Origin: an uncultured Candidatus Saccharibacteria bacterium
Lineage (GTDB): Bacteria > Patescibacteriota > Saccharimonadia > CAILAD01 > GCA-016700035
Length of the DNA: 64,000 nt
Direction: 5' to 3'
Assembly (NCBI GenBank): GCA_964613485.1
Contig: CAZTHB010000001.1
Coordinates: 21,064 to 85,063 of the forward strand
The notes beneath the pieces are model-generated. The model ran no database searches. It worked only from the letters and a program-made list of their open reading frames with translations, and was not told the DNA's origin. The translations under genes were made by a program, and so were the position numbers. Below, piece by piece: positions 1 through 10,122 of the stretch; the first letter of the stretch is position 1, and the number at the start of each line of letters is the position of its first letter.

Positions 1-700
1 TCATACCCATACTCAGACCCGCCGCTATAAGTCGATGGCGGCGCTGCTTGGCAGTAACAGCAAGCGCAACACACCAAACAATCGGCAAGATCAAATACGC
101 CCCAAGTTGATTTGGGCCGCCGAGCGTAGCGAACGATCGAGCCATGCTGGCGCCTGCAAACACGCCTTGATAAGGAGTGATGGTTGTACTCGAATAACCT
201 ACAGCCTGCAGCCAGGTTGTGGGCACGATAAGAAACTGCATGATGGCTAGCAACGCCACGATACTAGCGGGGACAATGACAAGGACCCGAAGTCTACGCC
301 AACGTATCTCCCCAGCAAACGGCTGTACAGCAACAAATAGCAGCAGTGGCAGAAACGTTGTTTTTATACCTGCAAGTGTTGCGATATCAAAGCGATCGGC
401 CAATAGCGCCCCCACCATCCCGAAGATTGCTATTACAAGTACCAGCCAATTCGCCGGCTTGTGCAGCCAACCCCAACCATCTCGCAAGCTCTTAAGTAAT
501 GCACAAGCTGTCAGCCCAAGAATCACAACCTCTTTCCAGCTAGCAAATAAGAGCTGAGACCCAAACGCAAAGCCAAGCACTACAACTACGAAGGCATGAA
601 ATGGCATCCCGACAAGCAACGTATATATCCCCCCTCGAGCAACTCGATTAATAAAAGCAGCTAAGGGTGATTCTGAAGTAGATTTTTTACGCTTTGACAT
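1..700 (-). CDS. O-antigen ligase/polymerase (Wzy_C)-like membrane protein, truncated by the window edge
   Basis: Hand translation from ATG at 700 (MSKRKKST...): multiple TM helices and the motif RSFATLGGPNQLGAYL; frame open to position 1, so absent from the ORF track. Confidence 0.7.
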   Translation of the reverse strand, partial: MSKRKKSTSESPLAAFINRVARGGIYTLLVGMPFHAFVVVVLGFAFGSQLLFASWKEVVILGLTACALLKSLRDGWGWLHKPANWLVLVIAIFGMVGALLADRFDIATLAGIKTTFLPLLLFVAVQPFAGEIRWRRLRVLVIVPASIVALLAIMQFLIVPTTWLQAVGYSSTTITPYQGVFAGASMARSFATLGGPNQLGAYLILPIVWCVALAVTAKQRRHRLIAAGLSMGM

Positions 701-708
701 CTTTCGGC

Positions 709-1716
709 CTAGCGATTACTCATTACGCTACGGATATAGTCATCGAGATTCTCCAGCGCGATGCCGGTGCCGCGCGCCACTGCCAACATTGGTTCATCAG
801 CCACATACGCCGGCACACCTGTTACTTTCGTCATCAGCTTATCAATATTGCGCAGAAGCGAACCACCGCCGGTCATTACCATCCCGCGATCAATAATGTC
901 TGAGCTCAGTTCAGGAGGCGTTTGTTCAAGTACTGATTTAACTGCCGCAATGATGCCATCAAGCTCATCGCCCATCGCCTGCGTCACCTCATCGCTATCG
1001 AGCTTAATTGTCTTCGGCAAGCCCGCAATCATATCTCGACCACGTATCTGCATCGTGAGCGGCACCTCAAGTGGCAATGCTGAACCTATTTGTTTCTTAA
1101 TGTCTTCAGCCGTCTGATCACCTATTATCAAGCCATATTTACGACGGATATAGTCAGCGATTGCCATGTCGATCTTATTCCCACCAATCCGAACCGAGTT
1201 TTGTGCTACGATCCCACCTAGAGACAGAATCGCGACCTCAGTAGTGCCTCCGCCAATGTCGACGATCAGGTTCCCTGCCGGAGCAGCAATCGGTACACCA
1301 GCCCCAATCGCAGCAGCGACAGGTTCACGAATGATGTGGGCTTTCTTTGCTCCAGCAGCTAAGGCCGCATCAATAACCGCGCGTCGCTCTGTTGACGTTA
1401 CTCCTGCTGGCACCGAAATCATCAACTCAGGCCGCGCCAAACGAATCGTACCCGACACTTTATCAATAAAAAACTTCAACATCGCTTGCGTAATTCGATA
1501 GTCTGCTATAACGCCTTCGCGGAGTGGGCGGCTAGCAGTAATAATATCAGGGGTGCGCCCCAACATCTCTTTCGCCTCGTTACCAATCGCAACAATGCGG
1601 TTATCATCAACCGATACCGCCACCACACTAGGCTCGTTGGCAACTATTCCCTTTTTTGGAACGTACACCAAGACATTGGCGGTCCCCAAATCAATCGCAA
1701 TTCTCTTTCGATGCAT
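709..1716 (-). CDS. mreB: MreB/Mbl actin-like rod-shape protein (standalone copy)
   Basis: IDLGTANVLVY, EPSVVA, DIGGGTTE and GGGSLL actin-fold motifs. Confidence 0.95.
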   Translation of the reverse strand: MHRKRIAIDLGTANVLVYVPKKGIVANEPSVVAVSVDDNRIVAIGNEAKEMLGRTPDIITASRPLREGVIADYRITQAMLKFFIDKVSGTIRLARPELMISVPAGVTSTERRAVIDAALAAGAKKAHIIREPVAAAIGAGVPIAAPAGNLIVDIGGGTTEVAILSLGGIVAQNSVRIGGNKIDMAIADYIRRKYGLIIGDQTAEDIKKQIGSALPLEVPLTMQIRGRDMIAGLPKTIKLDSDEVTQAMGDELDGIIAAVKSVLEQTPPELSSDIIDRGMVMTGGGSLLRNIDKLMTKVTGVPAYVADEPMLAVARGTGIALENLDDYIRSVMSNR

Positions 1717-1812
1717 ATGTACTATTGTACCTGATTTCTGGATTCACTACAGCTTCGCTACATTAGTGAGTATTTTCGCGATAATTGATTGTATAATAGG
1801 GAATAACACGCT

Positions 1813-3288
1813 ATGGCGATCTCTCAATCCACACGAAACTTTCTGACCTACTTATTTGGAACGGTCATTGTATTGTTTGGCACCATTTTGCTTGGCGCCT
1901 TAGCTACAGGCTGGCAATACGATTTTGCTACCGGTGAGCTGCGCGAAACTGGACTGATAATTATGAATAGTGAGCCGACAGGTGCAAGCATTTCATTAAA
2001 TGATTCCTTCATCAAAGATCAGACTCCTTATCGAGCAATCAATATGTTGCCAGGAGACTATACAGTAAAGTTTGAAAAAGCTGGACTGAGGCCATGGCTC
2101 AAGAAAACCACCGTCGAAGCGGAGCGTGTGAGTTTCGCTGACTATGCTTGGCTACTGCCCGAACAAATACCATCCCGTCTACGTTATCCTGATAATAAAA
2201 TAGTTGCCGCTGCCCAAAGTCGTGACCGTAAGCGCTTTGCATTTGTCGAACTCCTGACAAAAACTAATGCTGCCGGCGAGCCAAGTTCGACTATACCAGC
2301 TATTCTATACGCCAGTGACCTCACCCGTGAGCCTCAAATCCTGTATGCACCGACTCCAACTGACGAAAACACCACACAAGTCACTTCATTCGATACTCCT
2401 ACGCTCAACGCAGACGCCAGCTGGCTGCTGGTACGACAGACGACAAGCGACAATGCAGTAACATGGCTTGTTATGCCCACTAATCCAAATGATGTCAGCA
2501 CTCGCCTCATTAACCTCAACCAGTTACTTTCAAGCAACCCCAGCTGGGTGGGGTGGTCCGATACTGAGTCAAATGAACTCTTCCTTAACATCAATGGCGC
2601 GCTCAAACGCTTCACGCTCAATGACAAGCGACTCGGCAGCCCTATAGCCGACGGCGTCCAAGCAGCCAAGTGGGACAACAACCGACTCATGACCATAGAA
2701 GTGCTTGCTGACGGTCTGCGGTGGCTGCGCATTCGTACCAAGGATCAACTGGCAGAACCAGAAACAATCCATCAAGTCCCAACTAGCACCACCTATGCCA
2801 TGGAATTTTTCACACTACTTGGCAATGACTACGCTGCTGTTCTACCAGATAGTTCGAAGCAGTTGATCGTGACGCGCAATATTTTTGAAAACCCCAATGC
2901 ACGTATCACGAGTGTAAGCGGCAAAAATATCAGTAAATTCACCGTCAATGCCAGCGGACGCTACATCGTAATGAATGAGCAGGACAGGTTATTTACCATT
3001 GACCTAGAGCGGAATAAGCGCTATCGATACGGCACGAGCCTAGCCGGCTTAAGCGCGTGGGAGTGGATGAATGATCAACACCTTGCCGTAATTACAAAAA
3101 ACCAACTGCGACTGATCGATTATGACGGTCAAAATAACGAGCTTATAAGCAGTATTATGAATACTCAAACACCGATTCTTTTCTGGGAAAATAAGTCGCT
3201 ACTCGGCTTCGTGCAGCCTGGGGGCAATGAAGCCGCACGCCCTCGCCTGACGCACTTCTTCCTTACCCCAGATAAAATACTTGAATAA
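1813..3288 (+). CDS. Membrane-anchored PEGA-domain protein with probable beta-propeller-like C-terminus
   Basis: N-terminal TM helix, then TGLIIMNSEPTGASISLN...LPGDYTVKFEKAGLRPW PEGA pattern. Confidence 0.75.
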   Translation: MAISQSTRNFLTYLFGTVIVLFGTILLGALATGWQYDFATGELRETGLIIMNSEPTGASISLNDSFIKDQTPYRAINMLPGDYTVKFEKAGLRPWLKKTTVEAERVSFADYAWLLPEQIPSRLRYPDNKIVAAAQSRDRKRFAFVELLTKTNAAGEPSSTIPAILYASDLTREPQILYAPTPTDENTTQVTSFDTPTLNADASWLLVRQTTSDNAVTWLVMPTNPNDVSTRLINLNQLLSSNPSWVGWSDTESNELFLNINGALKRFTLNDKRLGSPIADGVQAAKWDNNRLMTIEVLADGLRWLRIRTKDQLAEPETIHQVPTSTTYAMEFFTLLGNDYAAVLPDSSKQLIVTRNIFENPNARITSVSGKNISKFTVNASGRYIVMNEQDRLFTIDLERNKRYRYGTSLAGLSAWEWMNDQHLAVITKNQLRLIDYDGQNNELISSIMNTQTPILFWENKSLLGFVQPGGNEAARPRLTHFFLTPDKILE

Positions 3289-3317
3289 AAAATGACTCCA
3301 CGTATGAAGTCATTTTC
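3288..3317. terminator. Bidirectional hairpin between the convergent PEGA gene and tRNA
   Basis: AAAATGACT...AGTCATTTT inverted repeat. Confidence 0.55.
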
Positions 3318-3405
3318 TGGTGCCAGAGGTGGGAATCGAACCCACACGCGACCAAGTCGCACACGATTTTGAGTCGTGCGTGTCTGCCAGTTCCACCACT
3401 CTGGC
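3318..3405 (-). tRNA. tRNA-Leu(CAA)
   Basis: Reverse complement GCCAGAGTGGTGGAACTGGCAGACACGCACGACTCAAAATCGTG...GGTTCGATTCCCACCTCTGGCACCA: cloverleaf, CAA anticodon, long variable arm, encoded CCA. Confidence 0.97.
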
Positions 3406-3494
3406 CAATATGTTATACTAGCCAATCGCTCACTATATAAGCCTTAGAGCTTATAGAAGGAGTGCTGATGTATTATAATATGATCTGAAGGTTT

Positions 3495-4763
3495 ATGCCA
3501 GACTCATCAAACCCAACCAACACCCCAAAGCCGCAGAAACCAGAGCCAACGCTAGAATTTACTGATCTTGTGACTTCGCAGGAACAGTCGGTTGAAGCTA
3601 CCCAGATAATTCCAACACCAGCCACTCCAGAACAAGTTGCATACACTGAACTAAGCACGCCTATCGAAAATACAGCGAGCCCCGAACCTGCGCCGCTCCA
3701 AGAAGCTGTACAACCAGAACCACAAATCAAGCACCCAGCACCCGCCGAACCCTCTCCGACTATGGTCGCCAATGTAGATGCGCGTCTTTTCAGAAACCCT
3801 CAAGCAGCAGCCATGACATCACATCTCGAAGAATTTGGCAAAATACCACAACTCGATCATGTTGCCACCGCCCCTGCCTTGCGGCCAAATCTTAACCCTG
3901 CATTCGATGTGTTCGCTCTCTACGGAATGAGCCTAGCACCCCAACGCACTGCGTCTACCCTGTTCGGCAAACTTGCCCTCACGATGCAACTAGACAAGAT
4001 ATTCTCTGCCCGAAATCGCCGCTACATCGGCGTAAGCTTGTTTAGCTTTGCTATTTTTCTATTGGTTTTTAATTTTCAAACAATTAGCGTGCAACTTGGC
4101 TATTTCCTCAATCCGCCACAACCAACAGCACCGGTTGCGAGCGAGACTCCCCCCGCATCAACTAATCCAGCATCGCTTGCAGATGCCGCTGAGTCAGCGC
4201 CACCCGGCAATATCATCTCTATCCCTAAGATTAAGGTTGAGAACGTACCAATTATCTTTGAACAATCGATCAGTGAACAAGCTATCCAGAAAGCTCTCGA
4301 AAATGGTGTCGTCCACTACGCCGGTACAGCTCTGCCAGGTGAACGTAGCAATATTGTGATTGTGGGCCATTCCTCAAATGACTGGTGGGAGCCTGGAAAT
4401 TATAAGTTTATCTTCGCACTCCTCGAGAAACTGACTGTCGGCGATCAGATACAAGTCAACTACAATCAGAAAAAATATGTCTTTGAGGTCGCTAGCTCAA
4501 AAGTCGTTGAGCCAACCGAGATATCGGTTCTACAGCCAACCTCAGAGCCACAGCTCACCTTGATCACCTGCACCCCACCAGGAACCAGCTGGAAGCGCCT
4601 CATTGTCACTGCCAAGCAAATCGCACCACTCCCGAACGCGGTATCCCAGCAGGCCACCAACCAGGAATCAACTGAAGCACCAAAACAAGTGGCACTACCG
4701 GGTAACGCCCCATCACTATTTGACCAGATCAAGAAATGGTTCGGTTGGAGTAACGAATCCTAA
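3495..4763 (+). CDS. Sortase with long Pro/Glu-rich N-terminal cytoplasmic extension
   Basis: Central TM helix; NIVIVGHS, LTLITCTP and KRLIV catalytic His/Cys/Arg motifs. Confidence 0.9.
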   Translation: MPDSSNPTNTPKPQKPEPTLEFTDLVTSQEQSVEATQIIPTPATPEQVAYTELSTPIENTASPEPAPLQEAVQPEPQIKHPAPAEPSPTMVANVDARLFRNPQAAAMTSHLEEFGKIPQLDHVATAPALRPNLNPAFDVFALYGMSLAPQRTASTLFGKLALTMQLDKIFSARNRRYIGVSLFSFAIFLLVFNFQTISVQLGYFLNPPQPTAPVASETPPASTNPASLADAAESAPPGNIISIPKIKVENVPIIFEQSISEQAIQKALENGVVHYAGTALPGERSNIVIVGHSSNDWWEPGNYKFIFALLEKLTVGDQIQVNYNQKKYVFEVASSKVVEPTEISVLQPTSEPQLTLITCTPPGTSWKRLIVTAKQIAPLPNAVSQQATNQESTEAPKQVALPGNAPSLFDQIKKWFGWSNES

Positions 4764-4789
4764 ACTATACATTGCCTGTTATTTGGGCG

Positions 4790-5629
4790 TTATACAGCAG
4801 CCGTCTCGATATACTGTCGCATAACACGTACGGCTTCGGCGGTAGCCATATCAGCTCTTACCTGCGACAAAAGACAAAGCGCGGCTCGAGCATGGGCACC
4901 AAAACCACCACGCACGCGATGATTATAAGTGAGTAGCGCGATAACACTCGTCAACCACACCCTCACTTGCGATCTACTCATGTTCGCATCACGAGGCACA
5001 TGTAATAGCTTTTTTTCATCTCGAAGGAAGATATATGCTCGCTCAGCATCATATGTACAAAGCACTGGCGACGCAAATGGCATGGCCAGCAATAAAGATG
5101 CTACATTATATATCCCCTTCCCAGGCTGAGTATGCACGGGTAAGCGCAGTTTATTCGCAAGTGATATGTACTCACTGACCGCAAGTACCGGCATTAACGA
5201 TTCGTGTTCACAAAGGGCTCGGTCGTGGATAAAAAGCGGTAACAACTCAGCGGTTACAAACCATGGCATGCTCGTCTGCCTCAATGCCTGCTCTATCATG
5301 AGCTGCTCTGCACTCCCGATATGCAAACCAAACCCAATTGCCAAAACATCGTATGCTAACAAAGATTGAAACGATTGAGATAGCGTATCAACCGATCCAC
5401 CTGGCACGATCTTAGTAACCCGCTCGGTCGAACAAAGTGATGCGGGCCAGCGCCACGCATCGATCAGCTCATGCCACATATTCAACTCTCCGAGCGAGCC
5501 TGGGTCGCCTGCGCCAATCAATAGCTTCGGTATCGACTGAGGCGAGAGATTGAGACTAAAAAAGTACGCCTGGTCAGGCTTCGAGGCGTCAATCAATTCA
5601 GCGCTAACAGATTCAGGAGTTGAGTACAC
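4790..5629 (-). CDS. Hypothetical protein, possibly a degenerate YjeF/NnrD-like carbohydrate kinase fold
   Basis: LLIGAG and YDVLAIGFGL recall the NnrD fold; canonical C-terminal motifs not recognisable. Confidence 0.4.
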   Translation of the reverse strand: MYSTPESVSAELIDASKPDQAYFFSLNLSPQSIPKLLIGAGDPGSLGELNMWHELIDAWRWPASLCSTERVTKIVPGGSVDTLSQSFQSLLAYDVLAIGFGLHIGSAEQLMIEQALRQTSMPWFVTAELLPLFIHDRALCEHESLMPVLAVSEYISLANKLRLPVHTQPGKGIYNVASLLLAMPFASPVLCTYDAERAYIFLRDEKKLLHVPRDANMSRSQVRVWLTSVIALLTYNHRVRGGFGAHARAALCLLSQVRADMATAEAVRVMRQYIETAAV

Positions 5630-6023
5630 GAAGATATACCCTCAACAGATCATCCGGGCATGCCTGCGCAAACCGTAGTCGTGCAGTGGCTGACATCACA
5701 GACAGGTGAGCCTTAAGATATGTCTCAAGCGCAGCGATAGTCTGCTCGTCGGACTTAAAATGCATATCTGAGCGAACACGCTGCACAACCTCATGCCACG
5801 TAAGTGACTTCGCGCCCTTCTGCGCCTGAATAGTCAAACCAAAACGCGAACCATAACGTCGCTTACGCATACCAGGCAATAAATAACCGATTTCAAATCG
5901 ATCCTCAAGCGCGAATAAGCGCATGATATTCTGATCAATCACACGAACGAGTTTTTGGGCTTTGCGATCACTCATATCGCGCAACTGATTTTTTATCAGA
6001 TAAGTTGTGTAGTCTCGTAACAT
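5613..6023 (-). CDS. Hypothetical basic protein
   Basis: Open frame; likely leaderless start at ATG 6023, 6 nt after TATAAT. Confidence 0.6.
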   Translation of the reverse strand: MLRDYTTYLIKNQLRDMSDRKAQKLVRVIDQNIMRLFALEDRFEIGYLLPGMRKRRYGSRFGLTIQAQKGAKSLTWHEVVQRVRSDMHFKSDEQTIAALETYLKAHLSVMSATARLRFAQACPDDLLRVYLRVLNS

Positions 6024-6041
6024 GGCGAGATTATACAACTT

Positions 6042-6311
6042 TTAGAGCTCTGTGTCTAGTCTTTCCTCAGAGGAGCTGTCTGATTCAGTAGCAATATCGA
6101 CTGCTGGCTGCTCGGTGTCGAACCGGGCCTTGATCTTCTCTACCTTAAGTTGGGCTTTTTTGAGCTCAGTCTGGAGCTGGGCGGCTAATTTACTACCACG
6201 CTCAAAATGCTCAATCGCCTCATCGAGACCAATCTTATCACTTTCGAGCTGCTGCGTGATTGATTCTAGCTCGTCAAGCGAATCACGAAAGCTTGAGTTG
6301 GGTTTGTTCAT
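6042..6311 (-). CDS. xseB: Exodeoxyribonuclease VII small subunit
   Basis: FRDSLDELESITQQLESDKIGLDEAIEHFERG; downstream of xseA; start at ATG 6311 after GGAGG. Confidence 0.9.
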   Translation of the reverse strand: MNKPNSSFRDSLDELESITQQLESDKIGLDEAIEHFERGSKLAAQLQTELKKAQLKVEKIKARFDTEQPAVDIATESDSSSEERLDTEL

Positions 6312-7515
6312 CTTCTGCCTCCTTGTCTGCATTAGTAGTCGTCGTGGCTGCACCCGGCTCAAGCGAGCGCAATCTCAACACACCTTTGGCCAATTGTACC
6401 ACTATCTGACGCTGCGGATTGACTTGAGTTGGGTCCATGAGGATATACTCGTCCTGTCGAGCGATGGCATACCCACGAGCCAGAAGACGCTGAGGATCAG
6501 CAGCATGAATCACCGTTTGCCCAACCATCAGCCTTTGACCATATCGCACTAGTGTCTGATCGATTGCACGTCCGATTCGATCTCGTAGCTGCTCAAGGGC
6601 CCGTTCGGCCCGCTCCTCTATGCGCTGAAAGAGCACACCGGTGCGTTGGATCATTAGTTCGGTACGCTCCAGCATTCGCTCCACTAATGCTGCTTGCTGC
6701 TGTACATGCTGGCCAAGCAGACGAATCACATCGTGTTGATCTGGAGTAAGTCGACGAGCAGCATCAGTCGGAGTCGCAGCCCGAACATCGGCGGCCAGCT
6801 CTGCGAGACTCACGTCATCTTCGTGACCGATACCAACAATCGTCGGGATAGTGCTGGCATACACTGCACGCACCACTCGCTCGTCATTAAATGCCTGTAG
6901 ATCTTCGAGGCTCCCCCCACCACGTATTATTACGACCGCATCTAGCTCAGGATAATCACGATTGAGCTGTGATAAGGCCGCAACTACATCGCCAGGCGCC
7001 TGTAGCCCCTGTACATGCACATGTATATGCTTTAACTCCATCAACGGCCAACGATCCTGAACGATGGTCAAGAAATCATTATATGCAGCCGCTTCACTTG
7101 ATGTAATAAGCCCTATTGCCGAAGGATAATCGGGCAGTATGCGCTTTCGCCCGGGTGCGAACAGGCCTTCAGCTTCAAACTGCGCCTTGAGTTTCTCAAA
7201 CGCACGTTTAACCGAGCCCTCACCCGCCAGCTCAACCGACCTAACAGTCAACGAAAACTTACCCCACTTCGTAAGATTTGGATTCGCCGTCACACGCACC
7301 AACATACCGTCCTCAATGATTGTATTGAGCTGATATTTGGTCATAAAACAACTTATCGTCGTCTCATCATCTTTAAGGTCAAAAAATATCCATTTCCCTT
7401 GGTTGACCTTAAAGCTACTAACTTCACCCTGCACAACTACCGCCGGATATGCATACGACAGGGTTTGATTTACAAACTCACGCAGCTCTGTGACGCTGAG
7501 GATTTCCCCCTCCAT
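6283..7515 (-). CDS. xseA: Exodeoxyribonuclease VII large subunit
   Basis: OB-fold N-terminus, IIRGGGSLEDLQAFNDE, GIGHEDD, AATPTDAA. Confidence 0.96.
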   Translation of the reverse strand: MEGEILSVTELREFVNQTLSYAYPAVVVQGEVSSFKVNQGKWIFFDLKDDETTISCFMTKYQLNTIIEDGMLVRVTANPNLTKWGKFSLTVRSVELAGEGSVKRAFEKLKAQFEAEGLFAPGRKRILPDYPSAIGLITSSEAAAYNDFLTIVQDRWPLMELKHIHVHVQGLQAPGDVVAALSQLNRDYPELDAVVIIRGGGSLEDLQAFNDERVVRAVYASTIPTIVGIGHEDDVSLAELAADVRAATPTDAARRLTPDQHDVIRLLGQHVQQQAALVERMLERTELMIQRTGVLFQRIEERAERALEQLRDRIGRAIDQTLVRYGQRLMVGQTVIHAADPQRLLARGYAIARQDEYILMDPTQVNPQRQIVVQLAKGVLRLRSLEPGAATTTTNADKEAEDEQTQLKLS

Positions 7516-7521
7516 ACTCGA

Positions 7522-8574
7522 CTAGGCCTCCTCTTCCTCGATCTCACGCTCCACTCGGTGTCGGTAAAAGTACAAACCAAATGGTATAAACAACCACATT
7601 GCTATCAGGCGATACAACGCCGTCACCGAGATACTCAGCTCCAACGGGTAACCGAGGGCCGTAAATACTCCCACCATTGCAGCCTCATATGCCCCCACGC
7701 CATTAGTGAAGATAGAAGCAATTGAAAACAACATGGCTAAGATATACGCGACACCCACTGCGCCGACATTCACTACCTTGCCGAATGCCAAGAAAATAAT
7801 TGTTAAACTCAGAAGCTCAACGCCGATTGTAAGTAAAGCATCAAGAAACGGCCTAACGGCCTTCTTCGGCTGCTCGCGAAACAACTCGATCAAATCGTGG
7901 TAGCCACCAACAAACCGCTCAATGTGTTCCTCCGTAAGTGGTGGTCGCTTGAGAAGTCGCAGTATCCAGTTTGCCGGACGCGTCAGCACATAAAGCGCCT
8001 TTACGAGTATTTGGTCATTCAGGGTCAACGCAAACAGCATGATGCCACCTATCAACAGAATGAGGCTTAAGACTAGAATGAACCGAGAGCTTACCGGCAG
8101 TACCGCATTAGTTGCCAGCAGTATAAGAAAACTCAGCGCCAAAACAAATACCATACTCACAAGCACGGCTATATACCAAAAAGCTTGTGCGAGAAGTGCT
8201 TGTCGATGAGTCACGCGTCGCTCAAACGCCTTCGTGAAATAGGTGAGACCCGATACACCTCCCGATGGAATGACCGTGTTTATGAAGTTCATACTCATCA
8301 CTGCTGGGAATAACTCTCGAAACGACAATTTTTTGCCATAAATAGTATAAAAATGCTGATAAAAACGAGTGTTGGACCAGTAATACGCGTAGCGCACGGG
8401 AATAATCAGTGCTAAGACAAATAAATTAACCTGCTTGAGCAGCTGTACCAACTCATGCAGATGCCCGGTATTACGGAGTAATAACACAATCAGTAAAACA
8501 ACAACCGCGAGGAAGAATATTTGCCGAAATTTCATGCTTCTTCCAGTGTACTCGTTTGTATCTGATCTGGCCAT
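7522..8574 (-). CDS. Lysylphosphatidylglycerol synthase TM-domain (flippase-like) membrane protein
   Basis: Multi-TM; NTVIPSGGVSG and GVGAYEAAM...LYRLI family motifs. Confidence 0.75.
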   Translation of the reverse strand: MARSDTNEYTGRSMKFRQIFFLAVVVLLIVLLLRNTGHLHELVQLLKQVNLFVLALIIPVRYAYYWSNTRFYQHFYTIYGKKLSFRELFPAVMSMNFINTVIPSGGVSGLTYFTKAFERRVTHRQALLAQAFWYIAVLVSMVFVLALSFLILLATNAVLPVSSRFILVLSLILLIGGIMLFALTLNDQILVKALYVLTRPANWILRLLKRPPLTEEHIERFVGGYHDLIELFREQPKKAVRPFLDALLTIGVELLSLTIIFLAFGKVVNVGAVGVAYILAMLFSIASIFTNGVGAYEAAMVGVFTALGYPLELSISVTALYRLIAMWLFIPFGLYFYRHRVEREIEEEEA

Positions 8575-8624
8575 TGTCTTAAGCTAGTCTTTCGAGCCAA
8601 ACAAGCGTATACTGAGTTGTCGCT

Positions 8625-9779
8625 ATGAAAAAGCAATGGTTTAGTATCCTGGGTCGCGAGCGAGCTTTAGCTTTCGCAGAACTCGCAGCCGTACTGCCAC
8701 CCGATGAAGCTCCCGCTCTTGAGCAACACGGGGGTATTGCTATTGGTACAGGATCCGGGCCGGCATGGAGCACGATCGGCGGATCTCAACGAGCCGGCGA
8801 AGTGCTTGGTACTCTCGATGAGCTCTCAGCGCCAGCGGTTATTGCCTTAATGCAAGATTACTTGCCAGAATCAGGCAAAATCACTCTGGGCTTAAGCATT
8901 TATGGCGCTTCACCCAAAAAATATAAGCACACCTGGATCGACCTCAAAAACTCACTACGTAAGAGCGGCCGATCGGCTCGCATCGTAACGGCCTCGACGG
9001 GTACTGCACTGAACGCCGCACAAGTACTTCACAATTATTTAACCGGCGGGCATCAATCCGAGATCGTAATCTGGGAACGCGGCCATCGTTGGTGGGTCGG
9101 ACGGACGACTTGGGTACAAGATATTGATGCCTACACACACCGCGATCGCAACCGACCGGCCCGTGATGCACGTGTCGGCATGCTGCCACCTAAACTTGCG
9201 CAGATTATGATTAATCTCGCCACCACAAACCGCTCAAAGCTCATCTACGATCCTTTCTGCGGTACCGGCGTCGTCTTGATGGAAGCCGGTCGTATGGGAC
9301 ACCCTGTCGGTGGCAGCGATCTCTCTGAGCGCATGGTTGTTGCGACACAGACCAACCTCACCTGGACAAAGCAAGATGGTATCGACCTCGATACACTACC
9401 CGTGACACAGCAAGATGCTCAAACCGTCGAGCTTCCCTCTACGCCACTTCACATCGTTGCTGAGGGCTATCTTGGTCAACCATTTAATGCTGTCGCCACC
9501 CGTTCTCAGATCGAGGCAGAATGTGCTTCGCTCAACGAACTCTATACGACCATACTGACACACTTTCATAAACAAACCCAAATTCAATCTATCGTTTTAG
9601 CATTACCATATTGGCACATACAAGGACGTGATTTTCATCTTCCGCTCCTTGACTCGATCCATAAAATAGGCTATACTTTTGACCAGTTTGCACCAACTAG
9701 CGTCGATTGGCTCACCTATCGTCGCACAGAACAGCAGGTTGGACGCATGATAGTTAGACTGATCAAAAAGGAGCAATAA
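8625..9779 (+). CDS. SAM-dependent (Trm11/TrmG10-like) RNA methyltransferase
   Basis: MLPPKLAQIMINLA...YDPFCGTGVVLMEA motif I. Confidence 0.8.
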   Translation: MKKQWFSILGRERALAFAELAAVLPPDEAPALEQHGGIAIGTGSGPAWSTIGGSQRAGEVLGTLDELSAPAVIALMQDYLPESGKITLGLSIYGASPKKYKHTWIDLKNSLRKSGRSARIVTASTGTALNAAQVLHNYLTGGHQSEIVIWERGHRWWVGRTTWVQDIDAYTHRDRNRPARDARVGMLPPKLAQIMINLATTNRSKLIYDPFCGTGVVLMEAGRMGHPVGGSDLSERMVVATQTNLTWTKQDGIDLDTLPVTQQDAQTVELPSTPLHIVAEGYLGQPFNAVATRSQIEAECASLNELYTTILTHFHKQTQIQSIVLALPYWHIQGRDFHLPLLDSIHKIGYTFDQFAPTSVDWLTYRRTEQQVGRMIVRLIKKEQ

Positions 9780-9781
9780 GC

Positions 9782-10063
9782 ATGTCAAAGACGAAAGCTG
9801 GAGGGTCTACTAAGAACGGTCGCGATTCACGCGGCAAGCGCCTTGGCGTAAAGCTATACGGTGGCCAGGTAGCAAATCCTGGAGATATCATTATTCGTCA
9901 ACGCGGAGAAACATACGTAGCCGGTGAAAATACTTTTCAAGCAACCGACTACACCATTCACGCAGCCGCTGAAGGACGAGTAGCCTACAAGCAAATCAAC
10001 AAGCGTCGATTCACGGGCGCGCCACTGCGCAAAACCGTCGTCACCATCGACACCTCAGCGTAA
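9782..10063 (+). CDS. rpmA: 50S ribosomal protein L27
   Basis: KAGGSTKNGRDSRGKRLGVK...IIIRQRG. Confidence 0.97.
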   Translation: MSKTKAGGSTKNGRDSRGKRLGVKLYGGQVANPGDIIIRQRGETYVAGENTFQATDYTIHAAAEGRVAYKQINKRRFTGAPLRKTVVTIDTSA

Positions 10064-10075
10064 ATCCAGCGATAC

Positions 10076-10110
10076 ACTAAAAAATCCTCCATATCAGAGG
10101 ATTTTTTAGT
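10076..10110. terminator. Bidirectional intrinsic terminator
   Basis: ACTAAAAAATCCTC...GAGGATTTTTTAGT between convergent genes. Confidence 0.8.
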
Positions 10111-10122
10111 TGAGCGGATACT

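Noticed and set aside
3318-3495. tRNA-Leu as an integration site
   Set aside because: No duplicated tRNA 3' end or integrase noticed; flanking genes look native
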